A stretch of 64,000 nt of DNA, from assembly GCA_963666565.1 (NCBI GenBank), contig OY762911.1, positions 2,336,001 to 2,400,000 of the forward strand. Reading direction: 5' to 3'. A model generated the notes under the pieces. The model ran no database searches, was not told the DNA's origin, and saw only the letters and a program-made list of their open reading frames with translations. This stretch comes from Thermoanaerobaculia bacterium. GTDB lineage: Bacteria > Acidobacteriota > Thermoanaerobaculia > Multivoradales > Multivoraceae. A program made the position numbers and the translations under genes. Below, one piece after another: positions 46,209 to 54,905 of this stretch. Position 1 is the stretch's first letter; each line of letters starts with the position of its first letter.

Positions 46209-48242
46209 ATGTCGAGGATCGATCGTTGGGCTGCTCCGGGTCTTGCGCTGCTTCTGGCTGGCCTTGCCGCCGCCCCAGCCGCGGCGCAGCACGGCGCGCA
46301 AGACGGCGAGTGGCGCCACTTCGGCGGCGACAGCGGTTCCACCCGCTACTCGCCGCTCGACCGGATCGACCGGGACAACTTCGCCGACCTGGAGGTGGCC
46401 TGGCGTTGGGAGTCCGCCGACGTCCTGCTGAAGGACTTGACCGACAAGACGCCCGGGTCGTACCGGAGCATGCCGCTGATGATCGACGGCGCGGTCTACA
46501 TCGCGACCAACCTGGGCCAGGTCGCGGCGCTCGATCCGGCGACCGGCGAGGCGCTCTGGCTGCACGATCCGAGGGACTGGGAGATCGAGCAGCGGGGCTC
46601 CCTGGTCCAGATCCGCGGCATCGAGTCCTGGACCGACGGCGACGCCGAGCGCATCCTCATCGCGACTCGCGGCGGCCGGCTGGTGTCCATCGACGCGAAG
46701 ACCGGCAGGCCGGATCCGGAGTTCGGCGAGGAGGGCGTCGTCGACCTGATGCAGGGCCTCCTGCCGGGGCGGGCGAACCGGAACATGAACTGGACGGCGC
46801 CGGTCATCGTTGTGGCGGACACGATCGTCGTCGGCGCCACGGTCTTCGACTTTCCGCTCCGCAACAACAACCCGCCCGGCGACGTGCGCGGTTTCGACAT
46901 CCGCACGGGCAAACTGAAGTGGACGTTCCACGCCGTGCCGCGGGAGGGAGAGCCGTACCTCGACACGTGGGAGAACGAATCCTGGCGGAAGATGGGCAAC
47001 ACGAACGTCTGGTCGATGATGAGCGCCGACCGGGAACTCGGCTACGTCTACCTGCCGTTCGGAACGCCGACGAACGACTACTACGGCGGCGACCGGCACG
47101 GCGACAACGTCTACGCCGAGTCGGTCGTATGCCTCGACGCCCGCAACGGCGAGGTGGTCTGGCACTTCCAGACGATCCACCACGGCGTGTGGGACTACGA
47201 CCTGGCGTCGGCGCCGAACCTGATCGACATCACGGTCGACGGCCGCGAGATCGAGGCCGTGGCGGTGGTCTCGAAGGTGGCGATGACCTACGTGTTCGAC
47301 CGGGCGACCGGCGAGCCCGTATGGCCGATCGTGGAGGCGCCGGTCGACTACCACTCGCGGATTCCGGGCGAGAAGCTGTCGCGCACGCAGCCGTTCACGA
47401 CGCGCCCGCCGCCGTTCGAGACGCTCGGCATCGACTACGACGACCTGATCGACTTCACGCCGGAGCTGCGGGCCGAGGCGTTCCGGACGATCCGTGACTA
47501 CGTCATCGGCCCCGTCTTCACGCCGCCGATCGTCCACGGCGAGGACGGCAAGCAGGCCTACCTCCAGAACCCGGGCCCGGGCGGCGGCGCCAACTGGACC
47601 GGCGCCTCCTTCGATCCCGAGACGAACATCCTCTACGTCCCCTCTCTGACGCGCCCGGGCGCGATCTCGCTATCGGCCCCCGACCCGGCGCGCTCCGACT
47701 GGCGCTACTCGATCAACCGCCGGCCGATGCCCAAGGTCAAGGGCCTGCCCCTGCTCAAGCCGCCGTACCGGCGGATCACCGCGTTCGACATGAACCGCGG
47801 CGAGATGCTGTGGCAGGTCCCGCTGGGGGAGGGCCCCCGCAACCACCCGGAGATCGCGCACCTGAACCTCGGCCGGCTCGGCACGCCGCCGCAGGACGGC
47901 GTCGTCACGGAAGGCGGCGTCCTGGTGACGAAGACGCTGGTCGTCTCCATCGAGCCGATCGTCGATGAACTCGGCGACCGCTCGGCTAACGGCAGCTACC
48001 TGGTCGCCTTCGACAAGGCGACCGGCGAACTCCTCGCCCAGGTCCAGGTCGACCGCAGCCTCCACGGCGGCCCGATGACCTACATGCACGAAGGCCGCCA
48101 GTACATCCTCGTCGCCGGCGGCGGCGAACGCCCCGGTCCCGGCCGCTCCATCGCATCGACCGCCATCGCCGACGCACCGCCCCCGCCTCCGCGCCCACCC
48201 CCTCGCAAGTCCGAACTCCTCGCGTTCGCGTTGCCGCAGTAG
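46209..48242 (+). CDS. PQQ-dependent (quinoprotein glucose-type) dehydrogenase
   Basis: Shine-Dalgarno GGGAGG; signal peptide; TRYSPLDRI, WHFQTIHHGVWDYD, GGANW, PMTY...GRQYI motifs. Confidence 0.88.
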   Translation: MSRIDRWAAPGLALLLAGLAAAPAAAQHGAQDGEWRHFGGDSGSTRYSPLDRIDRDNFADLEVAWRWESADVLLKDLTDKTPGSYRSMPLMIDGAVYIATNLGQVAALDPATGEALWLHDPRDWEIEQRGSLVQIRGIESWTDGDAERILIATRGGRLVSIDAKTGRPDPEFGEEGVVDLMQGLLPGRANRNMNWTAPVIVVADTIVVGATVFDFPLRNNNPPGDVRGFDIRTGKLKWTFHAVPREGEPYLDTWENESWRKMGNTNVWSMMSADRELGYVYLPFGTPTNDYYGGDRHGDNVYAESVVCLDARNGEVVWHFQTIHHGVWDYDLASAPNLIDITVDGREIEAVAVVSKVAMTYVFDRATGEPVWPIVEAPVDYHSRIPGEKLSRTQPFTTRPPPFETLGIDYDDLIDFTPELRAEAFRTIRDYVIGPVFTPPIVHGEDGKQAYLQNPGPGGGANWTGASFDPETNILYVPSLTRPGAISLSAPDPARSDWRYSINRRPMPKVKGLPLLKPPYRRITAFDMNRGEMLWQVPLGEGPRNHPEIAHLNLGRLGTPPQDGVVTEGGVLVTKTLVVSIEPIVDELGDRSANGSYLVAFDKATGELLAQVQVDRSLHGGPMTYMHEGRQYILVAGGGERPGPGRSIASTAIADAPPPPPRPPPRKSELLAFALPQ

Positions 48243-48333
48243 GCCGTTGGCTGTACGGCGCCGGCTAGTGCCGCCTGCTCTTCGTTCGCTGTCTAGCTCC
48301 CGGCACGCTCGAGTTTGCCTCAGCCCAACGCCT

Positions 48334-48750
48334 CTAGCGGATGAGCTGCGCCGACCCCGCGAGGTGGGCTTCCGCCATGGCTTTGGCGAGCTTCTCGTCG
48401 GCGGTGGCCAGAGGACACGCGAGCTCTTGAGCCAACGCCGCGTAGACGGCGTCGTAGACCGTCAGGTCCAGAGCGAAGGCCAAGGTCCGGGCCGGCCGGA
48501 TGAGTTCGGCCAACGGCGTGAGCACGAGCGGTACCGCCGCCAGGGCCTGGAAGGCAGCGTCCGCCTCGGCTCGTGACAGAACCGCGCGACGAGCCTTCGC
48601 CCAGAGGACGTTTGCCGCCTCCAGCAGCATGAAGTCCGGTGCGTGGAGGACGTCCTTGTCCAGCAGTTCGTACGCGGCGTCGCTGCCTTCTTCGTCGAGC
48701 ACCCACTTGAGCGCGGCGCTCGCGTCGACGACGACTCGTTGAAGCGGCAC
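48334..48750 (-). CDS. vapC: VapC PIN-domain toxin
   Basis: VVDASAALKW, E..NVL, YDAVYAALA, LATAD acidic PIN motifs. Confidence 0.9.
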   Translation of the reverse strand: MPLQRVVVDASAALKWVLDEEGSDAAYELLDKDVLHAPDFMLLEAANVLWAKARRAVLSRAEADAAFQALAAVPLVLTPLAELIRPARTLAFALDLTVYDAVYAALAQELACPLATADEKLAKAMAEAHLAGSAQLIR

Positions 48751-48756
48751 GGCGGA

Positions 48757-49008
48757 TCAGCCCGAGAGATCCCGGGTCCTTCCGTCCCGCAGCTTGCGCA
48801 CAAGTCGTTCGGCGCTTTCGTCCTCGCGTCCGGCGAGCGCCGCGCGAACCGCGTCGAGGCGGGTTCGCGTCGCCTCGCGGTCGACTCCTACGGCCATCGC
48901 CAGCGAACGCCGGGCCTCTTCCTCGGTCGACCGGCCCGCCGTCGCCGCGCGGCGCCGCAGCGCCTGTACGACGGCTTCGTCGACGTTGCGAATGGTGAGT
49001 TGGGCCAT
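48757..49008 (-). CDS. FitA-like RHH antitoxin
   Basis: MAQLTIRNVDEAV...LRRRA...GRSTEEEAR. Confidence 0.88.
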   Translation of the reverse strand: MAQLTIRNVDEAVVQALRRRAATAGRSTEEEARRSLAMAVGVDREATRTRLDAVRAALAGREDESAERLVRKLRDGRTRDLSG

Positions 49009-49016
49009 GACCGGAG

Positions 49017-49050
49017 AGCCTACGATGAAAGCGCTGTCATTGCAATCATC
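49017..49050 (-). promoter_or_regulatory. Leaderless -10 box and FitA-like operator half-sites
   Basis: TAGGCT 8 nt before the ATG; TGATTGCA and TGACAGCG resemble the TGATAGCA half-site; GATGA...TCATC symmetry. Confidence 0.5.
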
Positions 49051-49261
49051 TCCTCTCAGTGCGTCCGTTCGACGGCAGGCGGATGCTGCGATCGAGGTTC
49101 AGGGATCCGCCGCCGCGCCGCGCCCCAACCGCGTCCCGCGGTCGCGGCAGGAATCGGCGAACGTGCGGGCTAGGCTAGAGCTTCTCGCGGATCTGCTCCA
49201 GCAACTCAACGATCCGGTCTATCTCGCCTCAGACGAACCCGCCCGGACTCGGCGCGCAAGT

Positions 49262-50542
49262 TCAGGTCGCCGCGACCATGCGCTCGAACTCGCTCCGTCC
49301 GATGATCCTCTTGTTCACGAGTATCGTCTGGATCACCCTGAGCGGCACATGGAAGTAGCGAGCGGCGGCTTCCACGTCGTCGGCGTCGGGCTGGTCCGTG
49401 CGAAGGTACGCACGAAGGCTCTCAAGGGGACACAACAGGGCCTGGGCGAAAGCGCGCTGGAACTTCTGCCGCGCGGAGTTCGTGTCGGACAGGGGCCCTA
49501 GACGGTCTCCGCGGGACCAGAAGATGTCGCCAAGAGCTCGGCAGATCTCAAAACGGCGGGAAGGCGACCGGCTGGTTCTCAGCGACACGAGATGCCGGTT
49601 CTCGCCCGCATGGCGCAGGCGCAGGCCGTACTCCGCGTCGCGCGGCGCCAGTCGAATCTTCTTGGCCACGTCGAAGCCAACCACATCGCTCAGCAGGCGA
49701 TTGCGCAAGGGCTCCGTTGGACGCCCGATGTGGTCGCGCAGTTGTCGCGCGGCATTTTCCGCCAACCGCCACGGTTCGCGCCCGGACGCGACATCGACCC
49801 TTATCGCGGCTTCCGGTACCGGGCTCTCCAACCGGATTGCCGAGTTCCGAGCGACTTCGATCTCTCGTTGCAGCACGGCAGCCGCGTCGTCTCGTTGCGT
49901 AGCCAGTGCGGCTTCTTGTACACCGTCCAAGCCGTACTCGTCCGCCAACACGCCAAGCGCTGCCATCAGCTCGTCCGGTGCTTCGTCCTGATCGAAACCG
50001 AGCTGCGCCTCGAGTCTTCGCCAGGCGGCGGTCTCCGGGTCAGTTCGCTCGGCCACTAGACGCCGGAAACAGGCCCCCAGCGCGGTGCCGTCCGGCGTGT
50101 CCGACCGCAGGAGAAGCTTGACGAAGGAGTCCACGCCATCCTCGAAGCTCGTCGCTCGGATCAGGAAGTCGCCGTGAGATCGGTACCGTGGGGACGAGCC
50201 CGGCTTGTCTGCCCGCACCGCAACACCGACCCGGTCGCCCTCACTCCAGAGGGTAATGCGCGGCCAGCAGTAGCCGCCGCCGACTGACGAGATGTCGTGC
50301 GCCAGTCGCCACTCAGGAGTGAAGTCGATCAGGGGATCCGGTTCCCAACGAATTCGCCACCAGTTGTCGATCAGCCAGAACGCTAGCGCTTCCGCGGGAA
50401 CCTCCAGCCAGTCGTCCGGAGAGGAGTTGCCAGGTCTCTCGAGGCGCGTAAGGACTTGATCGCCCGCACTGATCCTGACGCGGCACAGGTCACCGTCGAT
50501 GCTGTTCCGCAGCGGGGTGGACTCAATCTGGAACTCAGGCAT
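49262..50542 (-). CDS. ImmA/IrrE-like protein lacking HExxH
   Basis: RRFEICRALGD in place of RF..AHELGH; FQRAFAQALLCP; C-terminal HTH-like AARYFHVPLRVI; overlaps the upstream stop by 8 nt. Confidence 0.65.
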   Translation of the reverse strand: MPEFQIESTPLRNSIDGDLCRVRISAGDQVLTRLERPGNSSPDDWLEVPAEALAFWLIDNWWRIRWEPDPLIDFTPEWRLAHDISSVGGGYCWPRITLWSEGDRVGVAVRADKPGSSPRYRSHGDFLIRATSFEDGVDSFVKLLLRSDTPDGTALGACFRRLVAERTDPETAAWRRLEAQLGFDQDEAPDELMAALGVLADEYGLDGVQEAALATQRDDAAAVLQREIEVARNSAIRLESPVPEAAIRVDVASGREPWRLAENAARQLRDHIGRPTEPLRNRLLSDVVGFDVAKKIRLAPRDAEYGLRLRHAGENRHLVSLRTSRSPSRRFEICRALGDIFWSRGDRLGPLSDTNSARQKFQRAFAQALLCPLESLRAYLRTDQPDADDVEAAARYFHVPLRVIQTILVNKRIIGRSEFERMVAAT

Positions 50543-51047
50543 TGCGGAAACCGTACTGGAGCCGGCAGAACTCCGCTGCGTTTTGGTCGATCTGTGTTCC
50601 GTGTTCCTGCGCCCACGGTGCGAAGCGGTCAAAGATCTGGCTCGCGATGGCCTCCGTCTGGCGAAGTGGGTAGCCGTGGTACTCGCACAGCGTTGCGTTC
50701 GTCTGCCGGAGCTCGAACATCCAGCCGTCGTCCGCGACGGTCCAGATGATGCGGCCTTCTTTGTCGACCAGTCCAGCCTTGATGCCTCGACGAATCATCT
50801 TTGGGATAGTTCGCATGTCCTCGGGCTGAAAACCGGCATCCCGATCGCACAGCGTAGCGTCCCCCCTGGAGCCGGTGAGCTGCGGGAGGTTGTACAGGTG
50901 CGGGTGGCTTTTGTGTTTTGGACTCCCCTTGTACGTCGCTGCGGCGCGGAGGTGGTCCAGCAGTGCTGACGGAGGATCCGCCGCCAGCCTGCGCTTGTCG
51001 TTGTTGGACCGGCGTGGCGGCAGGTCGCTTGGCTGTGGTCGTCGCAT
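50535..51047 (-). CDS. Hypothetical protein, candidate nuclease toxin
   Basis: YKGSPKHK, DATLCD, IWTV...GWMFE, EYHGYP motifs; coupled to the IrrE-like gene. Confidence 0.6.
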   Translation of the reverse strand: MRRPQPSDLPPRRSNNDKRRLAADPPSALLDHLRAAATYKGSPKHKSHPHLYNLPQLTGSRGDATLCDRDAGFQPEDMRTIPKMIRRGIKAGLVDKEGRIIWTVADDGWMFELRQTNATLCEYHGYPLRQTEAIASQIFDRFAPWAQEHGTQIDQNAAEFCRLQYGFRNA

Positions 51048-51103
51048 CGTTGAACCCGGCTCTGTCTTGGCACCGCTACATGCGAGGCGGGCGACGGCGG
51101 ACT

Positions 51104-51337
51104 CTACTGCATCGGACTCTGCTTTCGGGCCGAAGGGGTCTGGCCCTGGTCAGACTGCCCGAAGAGCAGTTTCGTCGGAGTCAGGATCGCGCGGGGGACT
51201 TCGTAGGACGTTGCGGCGATCCGGCGCCGCTCCTCCGTTTCGGCCTTCTTGGGCTGGTAGGTCGGCGACCGCAGCTTCAGCGTCAGCGGTTCCGTCAGTG
51301 CGGCCTTGGGACGCCGGACCTTGCTCTTCCGCCTCAT
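51104..51337 (-). CDS. Small basic hypothetical protein (YQPxKAE motif)
   Basis: Shine-Dalgarno GGAGG 7 nt before the ATG; 77 aa. Confidence 0.45.
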   Translation of the reverse strand: MRRKSKVRRPKAALTEPLTLKLRSPTYQPKKAETEERRRIAATSYEVPRAILTPTKLLFGQSDQGQTPSARKQSPMQ

Positions 51338-51467
51338 CGACCGTCCTCCCGGACCGATGATAGCCGAACGGCTACGTTGATCCTGCTCCCACAGGGCGCG
51401 TCCGTCCGGCGCTCCGTCGAAGGCGGCTACAACCACCGCCGCCACGCCACGCCGCGGCGTGCCGGCG

Positions 51468-52871
51468 TTACGCCCGCAGGCCCGGCAGCGGGCCGGCGAG
51501 GGAGATGTAGTCGCCGCGTTGGCCGTAGGCGTGGGGGAGGCCGACGTGGTTGACGTCGAGGCCCATGGCCTGGGCGACGGAGACGAGGAGGTGCTGGTGG
51601 GGGACGCCGGCGAACTGCGTGAGGCCGCCGGGGGCGAGTTGCGCCGGGACCCGCATCTGGGCGGGGGTCTCGTGGGGCCAGTACAGGTAGCGGCCGGTGT
51701 CGAAGGCCCAGGAACCGCCGATGAGGACGGGGCAGTAGTTGCGGTAGCCGTGCCAGCCGTCGCCGAGTTCGGAGCCCCAGACGATCAGGGTGTTGTCCAT
51801 CAGCGAGCCGCCGCCAGCGTCCGGGATCGACTCCAGGGTGCTGACGAGACGGGCGACCTGCTGGCCGTGGTATGCCGCGTAATGCGTCATCGCGTCGTGC
51901 TTGCGGATGTCCTCGTGGATGTAGTGGGCGATGCCCTTGTGTACCTTGTCGCTGATGTGGTCGGCGCCGAACTCCGCCGTCGGCATCTCGCCGAGGGAGA
52001 ACGAGACGACCCGCGTGATGTCGCAACTGAAGGCGGCGCCGATGATGTCGGCGAAGGCGTCGAACTGCAGGTCGTAGCGGTCGAACGAGGCGGCGGGCTG
52101 CGGGGGCGCGTCGCAGGAGAGGGTCGCCAGGCCCTCGAGCCGGTGGCCCAGCCGGTCGACCAGGCCGAAGTGGGACTCGAGTCGGGCGCGGTCGTTCGCG
52201 TCGAAACGCGCGGCGACCGCCCGGTACTCCCGGTACGCGAAGTCGAGGGTGCTGCGCCGGTACGCGCCGACCGTGTCGCCGGAGGATGCCGGTCCGAAGA
52301 CCCGGTTCCAGGCCCGCAGCGGCGTGTTCTCGGCCGGCAGCCGTACGCCGCCGCCGTTGTAGCTGATCGGACGGCCGGCTTCGAGCGCCGCGTCGACCGA
52401 GACTTCCAGCGACGGCAGCCGGTCCGGCCGGGCCACGTGCGCGGCGACGAGCTGGTCGAGGGAGGCCGAGGTCGAGCGGGTGTCGCGGCCGGCGAAGTCC
52501 GCGTTGGCGCCGGTCCAGGCGTGGACCCAGCCGCGGTCGTGCCGGTTGCCGCCGGCGTCGAGTTCGGCGGTGGCCAGGGACAGGCCGTCCAGGGCGAGGA
52601 TGCGGCGGCGATGTTCGTGGAGCGGCGCCAGCGGCGTGCTGAACGCCGACTTCGGGAGCTGCTCCAGATCGACCGACCAGGGTTCGCTCTCGGAGACGCC
52701 CTCCGGGCGCATCTTCCAGGTGGCGTAGGGCCAGCCGTGGCAGTGGCTGATCAGGATCAGACGGCGGACCTGCGCGGGGCTCTGGGCGAGTGCGCGCAGG
52801 GCGCCGCCCGGCCAGCCGGCGCCGAGCGCGGCGAGTCCGCCGAGTTGCAGCAGGTGGCGTCTGGAGATCAT
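51468..52871 (-). CDS. DUF1552 domain protein with Tat signal
   Basis: ISRRHLL, SLDQLVA, CDITRV, SLMDNTLIVWGSELG motifs; ATGA overlap. Confidence 0.85.
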   Translation of the reverse strand: MISRRHLLQLGGLAALGAGWPGGALRALAQSPAQVRRLILISHCHGWPYATWKMRPEGVSESEPWSVDLEQLPKSAFSTPLAPLHEHRRRILALDGLSLATAELDAGGNRHDRGWVHAWTGANADFAGRDTRSTSASLDQLVAAHVARPDRLPSLEVSVDAALEAGRPISYNGGGVRLPAENTPLRAWNRVFGPASSGDTVGAYRRSTLDFAYREYRAVAARFDANDRARLESHFGLVDRLGHRLEGLATLSCDAPPQPAASFDRYDLQFDAFADIIGAAFSCDITRVVSFSLGEMPTAEFGADHISDKVHKGIAHYIHEDIRKHDAMTHYAAYHGQQVARLVSTLESIPDAGGGSLMDNTLIVWGSELGDGWHGYRNYCPVLIGGSWAFDTGRYLYWPHETPAQMRVPAQLAPGGLTQFAGVPHQHLLVSVAQAMGLDVNHVGLPHAYGQRGDYISLAGPLPGLRA

Positions 52872-54673
52872 GGGTGCGCTCCTGAGCGGAAGAGGTCGCT
52901 GGTGGCGATCGACACGAGGAGCTCCTTGACCGAGTCGTTCTCGCGGAAGCCCTCCTGGATCGGTTCGAGGCCGGGCGCGTTCCTCTCCATGTGCCTGCCC
53001 AGGGCGTAGCGAGTCCAGTGCAGGGCGTAGCAGTCCCGTGCCCGGCGGCTCGCGGCCAGTTTGTGCGCGAACTCGACGCCATCGGCGAACTCAAGCAGTT
53101 CGGCGCCGGGCAGACGAAGCGAGCCGCCGGCGTCGACCGGCTGGCCGTTGTCCTCGGCGCGCCAGGCGCCCATCGCGTCGTAGTGCTCGAAGGCGAAGCC
53201 GGCCGGGTTGATCCGGCGGTGGCACGTGTTGCACTCGCTCGGCATTGTGGCGGCGGTGGTCCGCTCGCGGTTCGTGGCTTCGGCGTCGAGAGTGTCCGGC
53301 GGAAGCGACGTCTCGGCACCCTCGATCGGCTCGCCCAGTTCCATGCAGGCGATGCGTTCCAGGATGCGCACGCCGCGGGGGATCGGGCCGGGCTGCACGG
53401 CGTAGGCGCCGATGGCGAGGACGGACGGCAGCGTCAGCACGCCGGCCCGCTGCGCGGCGTCCAGCACGACCGGATCGAGGGTGAGCGGCTTCTTGCGTCC
53501 GATCGACGCGGTCACGTACTCGATCGGCCGGGTCACGGCGGCGCGCCCTTCGTCCGCGGTGGTCGTGGCGCCGTAGATCGGCGCGGTGCTGCGGGATACA
53601 TAGCCGTGGTTTCCGGTCATCAGCTCGGTGAACGTTCCCGCGCGGTCGAAGATGGCCTCCTCGACGAACAGCTCTGTCTCGAGCTTCATCGAGTGCCGGA
53701 TCGGCCCCACGATCGACGGCCACTTCGTGTCGTCGTCGCGCACCTTGCCCAGGCGAGGGCTGAGGCCGAAGCGGGGCCCGAAAGCGCGGCGCGCGGGCGC
53801 GATCAGGAGAACCTGGTCGGTGCCGAGCCACTGGTGGTGGAAGTGGACGACGGCGGAGCGGGCCTTCGGGTCGTCGAGCATCCGGCGGGCCTGCCGTTCG
53901 ACGCCTTCCGCGGTCGCGAGTTCGCCGGCGCCTGCCGCCCGGAAGAGATCGTCGTCCGGCATCGAGTCCCAGAGGAAGTAGGAGAGGCGCGAGGCAAGTT
54001 CCCAGGAGTCCAGCGCCGTGGCGTCCGGCGCCAGCTTGAAGTGGAACGCGGGCGCCTGCAGGATGCCGGCGACGGTGAGCGCTACCGCCTCGTCGAGGGG
54101 TTCGGCTGCGGCCTGCGTCCGCCAGAACGCCTCGATCCGGTCGCGCTCCCCGTCGTGCAGCGGCCGGCGGTACGCGCGTTCGGCGAAGCGGAGGATGCTC
54201 TCTTCGGCGCACGCTTCCCGGTCGGCGGCCGGCAGCCCGGACCAGTCCGAACAGGCGAAGAAGGTCGGCGAGAGCAGGGCGAACGAGCCGAAGTGCATCG
54301 CGGCGAGGTGGAGTTCCTCGACCTGATAGGACGACGGGCTCTGGCCCTCGGCGATGCCCTCGAAGCCGTCGGCGCCGGGCTCGGCCGGGAACGGCCACGG
54401 CCACGGGTCGGGCGGGGGCGGCGGCGCGAAGACGCCCTTGCTCGCCGCGCGCCGCGGGCTGATCCGGTCGGCGACGGCCGGGCGCTTCGGCCACCGCTCG
54501 CCGTCCCGGGGAAAGCCGAGCAGGTCGGCGACCGTGTTGTTGTACTCGGTCGGCGTGAGCGCCAGCGGCGCCGGTTGGTTTGCTTCGCCGGGTTCAGGCG
54601 AAGCGGCCGCCGCCGGCAGCGCGAGGGCTGCGGCGCAAAGGAGCGCCGGCACCGTTCTGAGATCGAGCTTCAT
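52868..54673 (-). CDS. DUF1592/DUF1588-family protein
   Basis: LTPTEYNNTVADLLG, ELASRLSYFLWDSMPD, CNTCH..INPAGFAFEHYD motifs; start 54673 or GTG 54685. Confidence 0.87.
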   Translation of the reverse strand: MKLDLRTVPALLCAAALALPAAAASPEPGEANQPAPLALTPTEYNNTVADLLGFPRDGERWPKRPAVADRISPRRAASKGVFAPPPPPDPWPWPFPAEPGADGFEGIAEGQSPSSYQVEELHLAAMHFGSFALLSPTFFACSDWSGLPAADREACAEESILRFAERAYRRPLHDGERDRIEAFWRTQAAAEPLDEAVALTVAGILQAPAFHFKLAPDATALDSWELASRLSYFLWDSMPDDDLFRAAGAGELATAEGVERQARRMLDDPKARSAVVHFHHQWLGTDQVLLIAPARRAFGPRFGLSPRLGKVRDDDTKWPSIVGPIRHSMKLETELFVEEAIFDRAGTFTELMTGNHGYVSRSTAPIYGATTTADEGRAAVTRPIEYVTASIGRKKPLTLDPVVLDAAQRAGVLTLPSVLAIGAYAVQPGPIPRGVRILERIACMELGEPIEGAETSLPPDTLDAEATNRERTTAATMPSECNTCHRRINPAGFAFEHYDAMGAWRAEDNGQPVDAGGSLRLPGAELLEFADGVEFAHKLAASRRARDCYALHWTRYALGRHMERNAPGLEPIQEGFRENDSVKELLVSIATSDLFRSGAHP

Positions 54674-54759
54674 GGCGGATGGCACGGGCTAAGGCTCCGG
54701 TGCGGATGAACCTGTAACACTGTATCAGTCCCGATTTGTTCCCCGGGCAACAGAGTGTC

Positions 54760-54897
54760 GGTGCGCGGGTCTTCCGACCCGCCCACGGGCGGAGCCGCTT
54801 GGCGGCGAAGCCCGGACAATAGAGCCGCCGGCCGAGGGCCGGCGACGACGCCCACCAGCCGCCCGCGGCGGCAGCGGGTCGGAAGACCCGCGCACCC
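54760..54897. repeat. Inverted REP doublet (REPIN-like)
   Basis: Cores 54760-54782 and 54874-54897 with the conserved spacer. Confidence 0.9.
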
Positions 54898-54905
54898 GGC
54901 GGGGC

